From contig JBDOQK010000043.1 in the NCBI GenBank assembly GCA_040437565.1, positions 124,001 to 188,000 of the forward strand: 64,000 bases of DNA, given 5' to 3'. Under the pieces are notes generated by a model. The model saw only the letters and a program-made list of their open reading frames with translations. It made no database searches and had not been told where the DNA came from. This stretch comes from Albugo candida (Eukaryota). Of this stretch, positions 23,956-35,950 are shown piece by piece; within the stretch, counting starts at the first letter, position 1; the number at the start of each line of letters is the position of its first letter. A program made the translations under genes and the position numbers.

Positions 23956-25914
23956 CTTCAAGTTGATCGGAAGTGCGTTATTATCCAGGGATCTACTGCA
24001 ACCACACAGAATAATGCGTGTGTTTACAGTGGTAAATTTGAATTTGTGAGAATGTCGTGGAGATGGATATCCAAGTTTTCAGGAATTCAAAAGAGGATCG
24101 CTAAATACGGATGGAAGTTACGATATGCGTGTCTAAATATAAGACGATAAAGTCGCTCTCCTCTTTTTGCTTTCTGATCAAAATGTATAATACTATATGG
24201 ATGTTGCGTGAAGGTGTGGGGGAATATTCAGTATACCTAGCTAAATGTATATTGCACCGAATAATTATAGTAACATCGAAAGTCATGTTTTCGTAATGTA
24301 CAATTATACTAGTTCTAACTACCACCGCCGATCATGTACTTTGCTGCGGCTATGGATAAGACACAGATTTTGGCAATTGCGAGCGAAAACTAGTAGTTCA
24401 CGACACCGAATAGTGGACTCTATCGACAGCACTCTTTCTTGCTTGTATTATGTACGAGACACCGCAGAAAATTTAATTACAAAAATTTATATTTGTCTTA
24501 CAAGATCCGTACATTTTTCTCATCTTGACCTAATCAAATGTATTGTTACGTCAATTACAATAATTACGCCAAGTATCCATCTTGCTTGACGAGGCCACGC
24601 ATTTCCTAGTTTCAATGATCGAAACATGCAACAATAGAAGATTTAAGATCAAATGTGTTCTTGAGTATCGCTATGGTTTATGCTACGACACTCTCCCTTA
24701 TTTGAATTCTTCCAGTCCGCCAGGATGGCGCTCCAAATTAAGATCTGCCATAATCCTAGTCCTGATTTTGATGCACGAGTGTCGACCTCAAATACTGCCA
24801 GGGTCATTTTTGTGCAGGGAAAAGTTCAGGTAATTATATTTATATGCAAACTATTTACAAAACTGGGTATAACATCAATTTGAAATCGATTGACGAAAAT
24901 CCTTAGGTTCAATTCATTTAAGTGCTTCAGCTGGTTGCCATCGCCACAGGACAATATTATATCAACAAGTATATATTTCGCCGTCAATATGGCTATAGCA
25001 TCTTTGCTCAAAGCATACGGAGTTCTTTGTGAAGGAGTTATGCACAATTTGATCGTCAAATCAACCGCACGGATACGGGTACATCGCCCACGCGATTACT
25101 GTGTGCTGATTACTGAGAAGCACAAATAGCTGTAGGAAGAACTTTGAAAGAAGAAAAACTTGCCCGCAAGCGATGTACCAAGGCGTCGTATTGAATTCCG
25201 TGGGAATAAATCGATAAGCAAATGCAACGCAAGATTTCGCTTTGAAGTTTGGGCGGACTTTGGCATCGCGTCAGCACACCACGCTACCGAATTTTGTATC
25301 AGCTGCTGATACCGATCAATTCCAACTATTTATTATCGCGTAAAACAGCGAGTGTTGCGCACCACATCGCCAAAAAAGACGTTTATCAGACTCGATGCAG
25401 CTGTTCGATATGCTTGCGTTCATCGAATGAGATGCATCAACAAATTCTAAGAGCGCGTGGAATCGTAAGGGATGGTTTAACGTTATACGTCAATGATGGC
25501 CGTCAGTTAGGGCTCATCGAGCACACTATTGCTTTTTCAAACTTATTTCGGAACGCATGTTGTTAACTTATAAGCGCATTGAATATATCATTACAGTAAT
25601 GTGTCATAAATTGCATTAATGTCCTACATAATATCTTCCTTTTTTTTTCTACTCAATAGACGATTCCTTCATAAAGTTTCCATTGTCTGGTCATTTTCTG
25701 TCAACTCAATCTTGAATTGGTCAATTCCCATCTAAATTTGCTGATTTATATCCGGGCTTTATCACGACACTAGGAATTACTATAGAAATTGGCGACGACG
25801 ATTTTTCTTGCTAAGAGACTCAATATGATGCTGTTCTTTTTCTTCTGTCGTATTCTTTCGTCTTCGATGCTCAATCCTATGACTGCTTTCATTCTCACTA
25901 TTCAATTACTTACG

Positions 25915-26765
25915 ATGAACACCCGACAAGCAACAACAAACTCACGGCTAAAACCCGCCAACATGCGCCGCGTTGGTGGTGGCTATGTTCCAATTCAGGA
26001 GCAGCCACACCAGCGAGCCCGGCCAGCAACCTCAGCAATCTCAGCGACCGTCAGCACCGAGCTCCAAAGACTCCGCAAAGAGAACGAGTCGCTCAAGAGA
26101 GAGATTGGTCATCTCAGGGCTNNNNNNNNNNNNNNNNNNNNNNNNNNNNNNNNNNNNNNNNNNNNNNNNNNNNNNNNNNNNNNNNNNNNNNNNNNNNNNN
26201 NNNNNNNNNNNNNNNNNNNNNCAAAGAGAACGAGTCGCTCAAGAGAGAGATTGGTCATCTCAGGGCTTCGAAGGCTCAATCAGAGTCAGCATTTGCGCGC
26301 CAGAATGATGCGCTACTCGAGGTAACAGAAAGGAATCAAACTTTGAAAATGCGACTTCAGCAGCAAGCAGCCGAGGTTGCTGACCAAAAGGATTGCATTG
26401 ATAAGCTTTCCTCGCAACTAGAGACGACTTTATCAGAGCTAGTGGACCGAAAAATCAACCTCTCAAAAGTTCAAACCGAGTATCAGAACGCAGTACGACT
26501 ACTTGGTGATTATCATCAGCAACTACAGCAAGTGTCAGCCAACAGTACTATCGTCTCAGAGCGTCCTGATACCCAAACTAATGATGAAACCTCGCCAACT
26601 TTCTTTAAAAAGCTTAATAGAGCACTCAGACTCGAAAATGACGAGTTGCATCGCAAAGTGGATGAATTGCGCGCAATGGTTGAGCACTTGCAACGTCAGA
26701 TACAGCAACTTCAGCAACTTCTGGCATCGAAAAAACAAACAATCAATGTAGGTAGGAACAGCTAA
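25915..26765 (+). CDS. Uncharacterised coiled-coil protein (gap-interrupted; a further 3' exon near 26868-26948 is possible)
   Basis: Heptad-rich ORF reads continuously once the 50-bp duplication around the N gap is collapsed. Confidence 0.65.
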
Positions 26766-27803
26766 TATTCTTCTTAATTAAATAAAATCTCTTTTTCTAA
26801 TTTGATTGCCAAAAAAATAACGTCGTGTTTTTCTATGTTGTTGCATTCTCTCCGTGATTATCGACAGTCGGCGCCGGTTGATACCGGTAAGAAGAGTGCA
26901 AGTGCAACTCCGATCCTAGTACTACCTAGTACTAGCTGTTCAGCGTAGTGTGGTGGACATGAATGTGAAGAATACTGTACTTCATTTTATTACCAATTGA
27001 TTACAATTTTTTTTTGAATCTATCAGCAAAGCTCGGAATTCGTTCATCAAAAGAATCTTGCATTTGTAGCCATTTTTTAGGTTTTAATATATTGCAAAAT
27101 CAGTTTACTAGTGGCGCGCATTGAGATTAGAATAGTATTATTATGTTCCAGCTACCGATTGTCCAATTTGCCACTATAATCCTCCAAAGCGAATCTTTGC
27201 ACATTGCTTAATGTACTCTCCGCCGATCCCGAAAAGCTTAAGCGTTTGCGAAAAATGCAAAAATACATTCTGGATCCGCAATCGTGTCCTATGTCTCACA
27301 AGCTACGCGTAGGAAACATTTCTGTATCGCGATATATGAAGTGGCCCTTTACATAACTTATTTGATATTATTATTTCGTAGAGACAGCAAACATCATTTA
27401 AAGCGACAGTAACGTTTTGAATCCTTTCGCCACGAAAATAGCCAATTCTTCATTCTCAAACTCAAGATCCAAGCTTCTTTTCTCCGTTACAAGCGAAATA
27501 TATAGANNNNNNNNNNNNNNNNNNNNNNNNNNNNNNNNNNNNNNNNNNNNNNNNNNNNNNNNNNNNNNNNNNNNNNNNNNNNNNNNNNNNNNNNNNNNNN
27601 NNNNNNACATTGCTTAATGTACTCTCCGCCGATCCCGAAAAGCTTAAGCGTTTGCGAAAAATGCAAAAATACATTCTGGATCCGCAATCGTGTCCTATGT
27701 CTCACAAGCTACGCGTAGGAAACATTTCTGTATCGCGATATATGAAGTGGCCCTTTACATAACTTATTTGATATTATTATTTCGTAGAGACAGCAAACAT
27801 CAT

Positions 27804-29093
27804 TTAAAGCGACAGTAACGTTTTGAATCCTTTCGCCACGAAAATCGCCAATTCTTCATTCTCAAACTCAAGATCCAAGCTTCTTTTCTCCGTTACAAGC
27901 GAAATATATAGATGAGAGCATTCTTTCTTTCCTGAGCGCTTCAACACATTGGTTTCTTGACCGCGTTCGACTCGAATAACGTCACAAAGCGCTAAACTTT
28001 GATCGATTGTGGGACGCTTCAAGTAACTGCCACTTTCTGTTCTCTTCTCCTTCGGATTCTGCCAGAATACTCGTGAATAATCCAGATCAGTATACACCGT
28101 TCGAACGTGTGGTCTTCCTCTTCGTCCATGCTTCTTTACGTTGAACCCGTCCTCGAGCATCATCTTGAACCGCGTGATTAGTTGACCATCCCGATCAGCA
28201 ATGTCTTTCTTTGCCATTTGGACTCTTTTTACCGCTTGCTCTAATGAAGTTACAGCTTCATTTGCATCTGATTTTAGTGATGCAGGTTCGTCCTCCAGCC
28301 TCTCTGAATTTATATTCTTGGATGAGCAAATAGAATTGCAAATTGGAGACATCCCTTTCGAGTCTTTCTCACTAAATTGAAGTTCCACGGCCGTTTTCTT
28401 CCACATGAATTTCGGATCTAATTGAGTGTCTTCTTCGATCTGATTATCACTTTTATTTCGATTGCCTTGTGATTGCTTTATGAGACGACATACTCGTTGA
28501 TATACTGAATCCATATCTTCTTTCGCGTCGATTCGAGACGCCACCACTGAATATTGTAGATTGATTGACTCTCCATGCGTTCGATACGCTTCCATTCTCG
28601 GTAGTATCATTTCCAGCGCATCATCCTTCCTTCTGCTGAGTCGCTTCTTCACATCCAAACCCGAGGGAATATGATATCGCTCATGGTAGATTTTCTTTGT
28701 CACCGAATCAAACATTCGTCCTGTAATCCGTTTAATACATTCACTTTCGTCTAATTCCAGCACGAAAACAAGTGACGGGACGATTTGCTTTTGGCACATT
28801 CCAATACATTGCTCCGCAGTTCGCGGGAATCCATCCAAAATCCATCCCCTTTTCCCATTATGTGTACATTCCAATACCGTCTCAGCCACCATTTCGATCA
28901 CGACTGCATCAGGAACGAGCTCTTTTCGGCGAATGCAATTGCTGGCTATCAATCCTAACTTGGTGTGGTTCACGATATTATCACGCAATATAGTGCCAGT
29001 AGCGATATGCTCAAGATTGTAATTTTCACAAAGACGTTCCGCTAGCGATGACTTACCAGCGCCCGGAGGACCGTTGATGAGAAGCTGAAGCAT
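27804..29093 (-). CDS. Adenylate kinase fused to a C-terminal PH-like domain
   Basis: GPPGAGKS, GWILDGFPRT, LID RITGR...IYH; C-terminal VKKHGRRGRPHVR...VIRVERGQETNVLKR...SLVTEKRSLDLEF. Confidence 0.9.
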   Translation of the reverse strand: MLQLLINGPPGAGKSSLAERLCENYNLEHIATGTILRDNIVNHTKLGLIASNCIRRKELVPDAVVIEMVAETVLECTHNGKRGWILDGFPRTAEQCIGMCQKQIVPSLVFVLELDESECIKRITGRMFDSVTKKIYHERYHIPSGLDVKKRLSRRKDDALEMILPRMEAYRTHGESINLQYSVVASRIDAKEDMDSVYQRVCRLIKQSQGNRNKSDNQIEEDTQLDPKFMWKKTAVELQFSEKDSKGMSPICNSICSSKNINSERLEDEPASLKSDANEAVTSLEQAVKRVQMAKKDIADRDGQLITRFKMMLEDGFNVKKHGRRGRPHVRTVYTDLDYSRVFWQNPKEKRTESGSYLKRPTIDQSLALCDVIRVERGQETNVLKRSGKKECSHLYISLVTEKRSLDLEFENEELAIFVAKGFKTLLSL

Positions 29094-29270
29094 CAAATTG
29101 CAACGATATTTCTTTTCAAGAGAATTTGTAGCTTTATGGGATTGCAGGATGCTTGAAGAGCCGAAAATGAGTGAAACCGCGTGGCATTTCACATTCCTAA
29201 TACAGGAGTTGGTAACTCCTGAATGAACTTTAGTTAAGCTCGGTCAAACGTACCGTACTTAAAGCTTGCT

Positions 29271-30169
29271 ATGAGTCAAAATGCGATCGACGCGATGCTT
29301 TCTACGGCGATCCACGCTGCTAAAGAAGCAGGAAATATCATGCGATTGAACCTCACCTCCTCCACAATCGAAAAAGAAAAGTCTTCTAAAGACGATCTTG
29401 TCACTATCATCGACCAGCAGTGTCAAAATATCATTGCAAAAGCGATTCAAACTGCTTTTCCATTGCACGATTTTCTCGGAGAAGAAGATGTGGAGCCTGG
29501 TAGTGACGCATCCGAAAAAGCCTTTCGTGAATTCGAATCAAAGGAATGGCTGTGGATAGTGGATCCAATTGATGGAACTACAAACTTTGTTCATCATCGA
29601 CCCAGTAGTGTCGTTTCTATCGCACTGGCGAATCGAGGAATGGTAATGCTGGGAGTCATTTACGATCCCTATCGAGATGAGATGTTTTCAGCTTGTCGGG
29701 GTCAAGGAAGTTTCTTGAATGGAAAGGCAATATCTGTCAGCTCGGAAAAGTTGTTTTCGGAGGCGTTGATTGGTTTTGGGATTGGAACGAAAGAGAGTGT
29801 TCGAGTGCCCATGCTCGAGTGTGTCACAAAATTCGCATCACAATGTCGTGGAATTCGACTGCAGGGAGCGTCGGCACTGGAGCTAGCGTGGGTTGCGTGT
29901 GGACGTCAAACGGTATGATCAAGCTTTCAAAGATCTTATAAGACTGATTTCGTGTGACTCAGGCATTTTACGAGCTCGATTTGAATTCTTGGGATATTGC
30001 TGCTGGGACATTGCTGGTACAAGAAGCAGGAGGGAATATCACGGATGGAATTGGCGCTTCTTTTGCGCTCCATATGCGTCATATCGCTGCTTCGAATGGC
30101 GCTTCCGATGTGCATGATACGCTGATTCGTTTGATCCAGGAAGCAAATGCTCATAAAGTGCGTATTTGA
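29271..30169 (+). CDS. Inositol monophosphatase, 2 exons
   Basis: DLVTIID, GEE, WIVDPIDGTTNFVH, ELAWVACGR, WDIAAG; intron at about 29913-29962. Confidence 0.95.
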
Positions 30170-30220
30170 TGCGCATTTAATTCACGTACCTTGACCTGCA
30201 TAAGTCTGACACCCCAGTCG

Positions 30221-31075
30221 ATGGCTCGGTATGCTCTTTGGCCTGCGCGGCTTACTTGGGCGAGTCTTCATATTTTCATATACGCTGTTATTCTTACCAA
30301 GACTACAAATCATGACGTCGACCCTCCTCTAATTCTATTCGCATCGTTAACTGTGGCGACTTATCTTGCACTACAGCTCTTGGATCCCGGATTTCTCTCA
30401 CGGGATAAAGATAGGTCATCTCTTCCTAGCTATCTAGATCAAGATCGTATTTGTGAGACGTGCAGCAGACGACAACCATTGCGCACAAAACACTGGCAAG
30501 ATTCTTGATAAAAGTATGCGTAAAGTGTCTAACAGGTCGCTGATCTAGCATGCTATGCAATCGCTGTGTTGAAGTATACGATCATCAGTACGTGTACGCA
30601 TATTGTTTCGTAAACAGTTACGATATACATGTATAGTTGTAGCTGTATGAGCACATGCATCGGTCGACGTAATCGACGCGTCTTTGTGCTATATCTAGCA
30701 TTACAAATGATGGAAGCCTTCTACATATTGTGTGTGTCGACCGGATTATTTGTGGCTGCCTCGACACTGGACGATTGGATCTCATCTAATGCCATTATTC
30801 TCAGCATCACAATGCTCACATGTATGGTATACCTTATTAGCACAATTTTATGGATATATCAACTGTATCTCATTTCAACGAATCAAGTAAGAACTTACGA
30901 TACTTTTATCCAACCGAATTGACTTTCCACGATGCGATAGACATCTTGGGAGCATGGTCGAAGGCAAGCAATCTCGTATTTACAAAATCAAGACGGCGTA
31001 CCATTCAACCGCGGATTTTTGCGAAATTGGTGGCACGTTCTCAATGCAACCGAAAATAACGCTAAGCACTATTAA
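30221..31075 (+). CDS. DHHC palmitoyltransferase, multi-exon
   Basis: CETC..QPLRTKH / CNRCVEVYDHH|CSCMSTCIG, NQ|TSWE and PFNRGFLRNW motifs. Confidence 0.88.
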
Positions 31076-31164
31076 GTGCGTGAGGAAATATCGCAAGTGG
31101 CTCATTCTCGTAACATAGAGCGCGTTCAGCTTCTTCCTGCAGATAGATATCAAGTAACTTGTTG

Positions 31165-32090
31165 TTAAAGAAGGCATCCGCTTACCTGGGTCGTATCGAA
31201 TGTGAACGATTGCATTCCGCCAAGCGTAAGATCCGCTTGAGATGTACAGTTGCCTGGGACCACTTCTTCGCTCTTGCAGTCTTCTTCGGATAAGACTTGA
31301 CGCAAAGAAGGCTTCCACAAATCAGGATCTTCTTCTTCCGTAATTAGTAGACGCCAGTTGTGTCCCGTTTTATTTGGATCATTAAAGTCATACACTTTTG
31401 ACCAGAGATTGCAGTGCGGGTCCAAACGCGCTTCGTGAAATTGCTGGAAAATATCTTAGTCGTGAATAAACGGGATGAAGGGAGTAATGTACTGTTGAGA
31501 GTTGTCGATACATTCCGTTAAAAGGAGCGAAACGCATCTCCGAAGACGTTTCAATGATCGGAGCCGTAAACGAATAAAGATACACGGTGCAGTTGATGCA
31601 ATCTCGAAAGCGGAGTTGCTTACTGCTTGATTCGTCAGTAATTTACTTGGAAAAAAAACGCACCTACCACGCGATTGTAAACACGCAATCGGAACAATTT
31701 CGAATGAAAACAGAAGAAGAAGATGGCCCGAGGAAAACTTTTGTGGCTACTACATGATCCACCTGAACCTGATCGGTATGGTCCAACAGCATCACGACAC
31801 AGTTCTTCAGATCCGACACATCAAATGGCTGACTAGAAAAGTAACAAACTTAGTGAAGAGTGCAAAGCAGTGAACAATACTTACCCGCAGATCGATCCTG
31901 GTAATTTGATCAGCGTTTCTTGTGCTTGATTTCGAAACGTGTAGTTCGTCTCAAATTCGTATTTTCGCCACTCATTTCGATCTTCAAACTGCGTACCATC
32001 GCTCGCTGTAAACTAATAAAACTTTAGCAATTGTATGGCACGCTACAAAGACGAACCACTTGCATCTTCGATGAGACGGTTAATGACCTT
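31165..32090 (-). CDS. RP2: RP2/XRP2 tubulin-cofactor-C-domain protein, multi-exon (both ends approximate)
   Basis: LIKLPGSICG|QPFDVSDLKNC...VFLGPSSSSVFIRNCSDC...KQLRFRDC...PIIETSSEMRFAPF...NLWSKVYDFN. Confidence 0.82.
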
Positions 32091-33267
32091 TCACGACTTG
32101 TAGGTACCTGTTACCGTTCTGATATCTCTTAACTTGATGATAATTACCCGTAAATAAGTCAAAATTTAATGCTATGTGAGTTGGATCGTGCACAAGCGTT
32201 ATCGTACACATAGCACTGACTGCAGGCAGCATGATATCTGTTTGGTATCAGGCACATTAACTATATAATTTCACTCCCTTGCCAACTCGCTGGAAGCTGC
32301 TCCACATATAGTTAGTTTGTCCTCCTCAAAGCTTATGGCTTCCAGCCGTACTTACTCGCAAGGAACCTTTCTTAGGAATTTTCAAGTATCTGTGGGAGGA
32401 TAGTAATAGCGACACTACGAGGTCGTGCCTCAATACAACATGGAACACAGAGTCTAAGATCAAATTATCTTGGATAACAGGAAATCGCTAAGTTCTTGGC
32501 TATGTGAATCACTATGGCTTCAAATGTCAGAGTAGACTTTTACCTCCTTCGACTTGAACTACTGCCCAGCACTTTCATTTTCAAATGTCGCTCATAGTCA
32601 TTCGCAAAGTGTAGCGGTAGCACGATCACATAAATATTATACTAACAATTTGCGTCGATATATTGTTAGTGGTACACCGACTGCAGTCGAGAGCTCGAAT
32701 CTGAATGTCATCAGATAACTCAGAGGCCCAAGTATGAAATCTGTAAGCAGCGGATCATTCTTTGCTCCTTCCCTACTCAGATGCATTGTATTTTTTGAGC
32801 AACCGTAAGGATCTAGGTCAAATAGATGACGCACACGACGTAAAGAAGCGTTAATGACTGTACGAGTACGGCTATTAGCAATACAAACAATTATTCGCTT
32901 GTATAAAATGTCCTCCATAACTGCTGTTGCTGCATCTGGTCTGATAACGTAACATAAAAACACAAAAACTAAATTCTGATGACCAATTATATTTGTCTCA
33001 AAGTAAAACACATTTCTTCGAAGTGATGCTTTTTGCTAGCAGCTGATCGGACTTTGCATGTACATTATTCCTCTCGTACCTTCTACCAACCAATAACATC
33101 ATAATGGAATTCTCTGTTGTCACATTGTGAGGCTTTCCGCTAATTAAAACAGTTCTCATCCTTTCCGCTGAATAGAATTTTTCCATACGCTCATTTGGAA
33201 TTTATCCATATTCAAATAATTGTTCATACTTGAATTCGACTTGTAAAGTGCAGACAATATACACATT

Positions 33268-34015
33268 ATGGGACTAAGTCAACAAATGTGGATTTATGCT
33301 ACTGAATATCTACTCGTATGGTTGTCGTTTGGATCAAGCAATCCAGAGCAAACTGAATATTATGTTTACTCTATGACAGTGAAGGCGCCTGATTCTGTCT
33401 ATTACAAGTGCTACGAGCCTATCATCGACGCAGGTGCGATTAGAATTGGCATATGGGGTATTGACGACATAGAAGGTAGCATTGTGCTCAATTTATTTGA
33501 GGGAGCAAGGACTATGATTGAAGAAGACATACATGCTGCATTTCGGGGACCAAATGCAGTCTACTGCGTCTTGCTTATCAGCCCCGTGGTGAGTTTTTGC
33601 TTCAATTCGATTTGACAGCATTGAACAGAATAGTCTCTAAAAGAGTCGAATGTGTCACTTGCCTTTTCAGATACTGTGTAGTTTATGAGGCTTTTCTCCC
33701 TTCGGAGAAATATATTTTGATCCGAATTCATGTTTGAAATATTTTCAAAGATTTGCAACGAGTCATGCGGAGATTTTAAAAGTGGAAACTTGTACAATAA
33801 CGTTTATACCCGAAATGCCAGTCAAGTATTCTACGTATCAAAGCATGGACGATAAATACCTACCTTTACGATATCGAGCACAGAAAGACTTTCAAGTCGC
33901 TTCCACTGGCCCAAAATGCGATGAAAGTTTGGCTTCGGAAGGACCTGAAAATAAGAAGGAACACCGGTTAATGTCAAAGCTGATTGAGAAAATGGCTAGA
34001 CTCAAGCGTACATGA
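33268..34015 (+). pseudogene. Frameshifted member of the secreted Cys-rich family (member 4)
   Basis: YLLVWLSFG and VYYKCYEPIIDAGAIRI in frame 1. VECVTCLFRYC, ICNESC and PEMPVKYSTY lie in different frames (at least 3 frameshifts between ~33545 and 33790). Confidence 0.8.
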
Positions 34016-35910
34016 AGTATATGCTAGCTTCTGTGTTTAGTGCCATCGATGAATTTTTGCTAATACAAGAATCATTTTACCTCGAAACAGTTGTTCTTTG
34101 ACATATCGAAAGTTCGACCGAAACACGTCTTGAGCCTAGATAATCTCGCTGCAATTCTGCAGTACGCCCTAATACGTCTATTTAATGAATTCGTTTCGGA
34201 GAGACCTTTCTTGCTTGCGTCTTCTTTCGAATTTATTTTGTGAAATGAGAAGAAACGCACGTCAGTCTTGCAACCATGCTTTATCTGTCACCGGTGGTGA
34301 CTGAGCACAGACACATGCTGCGCCTCGCCACCCGGATTCGTTAAGCTCATTAGAAGACTACGAAACAGTAGCGAGTGCGAAACAGCTGCTTTTAATGAAC
34401 AAAAGGTGGTGAAGTACGTTTTGAATGAACTTTCACAGTTGATGTGTGCGGAGCAAAAGATGACATCGGTACGATATTTGCAGTCACTTTCTGGACCTCC
34501 CTCACCTTCTGTTTATCGGCTGACGATCCAGCGCATCAATTCGTGGAGAATGATGATTTAATACGTTGTGCTCACTTCAACCTCGTCCGGAAACGCATTG
34601 ATCTTCATCAAATGAGCGCAAAGGTTTCTCTTGCATTGTGTGTCGATATATGGCAACAAATGCTGAGATTTCATGTTGAGATAAATTACGATATCTTTCT
34701 CATCGTAGCGATAGTTCCCGGTCTTGCTGTAGCTATTATGGAAAGAGGGAGTATGAAAACATAAGAACAAAGCCAAGAACCCTCTTGAATGAGGAATCAA
34801 AGTGATAGACATATCGAATGTAAGGCATCATAGTAAAATAACGCTTGGACTATCCAGCAGGATCGTCAAAGGTGATGAGTCATCATGCAATAGAGCTATC
34901 GCGTTACTGGTAATTATATCCACATTGACAGAGCAGACATGTCAGGCTTTTACAAAAATGAAAATGAACCCATTTTAGGTAGTAGCTTTAATAAAGTGTT
35001 GCTGCGCTGTGCGGAATTGCAATGGATGGAATTGTATCTTGTTCTAAATCCAGAGCTTATCTAGAACCGATCTATTGGCGTGCCTCCAAGGTCATTGATC
35101 AACTTGTTTGGCAATATCAAGTGATTTATCTTCTCGAATTTGAGTTCGTGTTCGCCAAGATATATATGACCTCCATGCTCTGATATCTTTGGCATGATGT
35201 AATAGCAAAACACAAAGCAGCAAGGGGTGAGTCACGATTCCACCATTCTCATCCAGCACCTGATCACCGGGCGTTGATGTTGAAGGAACGGAGAACGCAC
35301 CATCTCGACTTGTCCGTAGGCACTGTCGCTGTAGGCACTCTCGTGTGACTATAATCATTGATCGGTATCGCATCAAATATTCAGTGAACGCACGTCAAGG
35401 GCCGTACACAACCAACGCGATTGGTGGGTCATGATTCGTATCGAGATGAATGCCGAGATGATATATACTTTAATAGAAACAATTTTCATTGTTGTCGTTA
35501 CAGACGCCTCGACTGTATAAGCCCGCTGATGAAGCGATATGATCCGAAAAGTTTGTAGGCTTCTTTAGAAACAACTCGATGTCTGAGTATTGTTGCCTTG
35601 ATGAGATCAATTTCCTTTATCGATTCCTCAAGGAGTGCAAAGCATCGAGAACATCTCGTCGGAACACTTCCAACCTCAAGATACTGGAACACGGCAACAC
35701 TCCAAGAGTATAACAGATGAAAATTTCTTTGCAGCTACCGCAAGGTGTCGATCCAAACGAAAGGGAACAGGACAAAGCGGCTGCGTTATCTGATCGCATA
35801 CGAGGGCGAGTCAATCCATCGAATAGGCGATACTTCTTTTCTGTACAGCATTATGATGGAAAATTCATGCTATCCGATGATCGAGAAACACACGGACCAA
35901 ACCCTAGGCA

Positions 35911-35950
35911 AATGAAGCTTTGAACTAATGAAGCTTTGAACAAATGAAGC
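35911..35950. repeat. 16-bp tandem repeat, ~2.5 copies
   Basis: aatgaagctttgaact aatgaagctttgaaca aatgaagc. Confidence 0.8.

Noticed and set aside
24826-25059. Possible protein-kinase C-terminal remnant (PYALSKDAIAIL...SCGDG)
   Set aside because: No catalytic motifs (HRD, DFG, APE) are recoverable nearby, so the signal is too weak to call.
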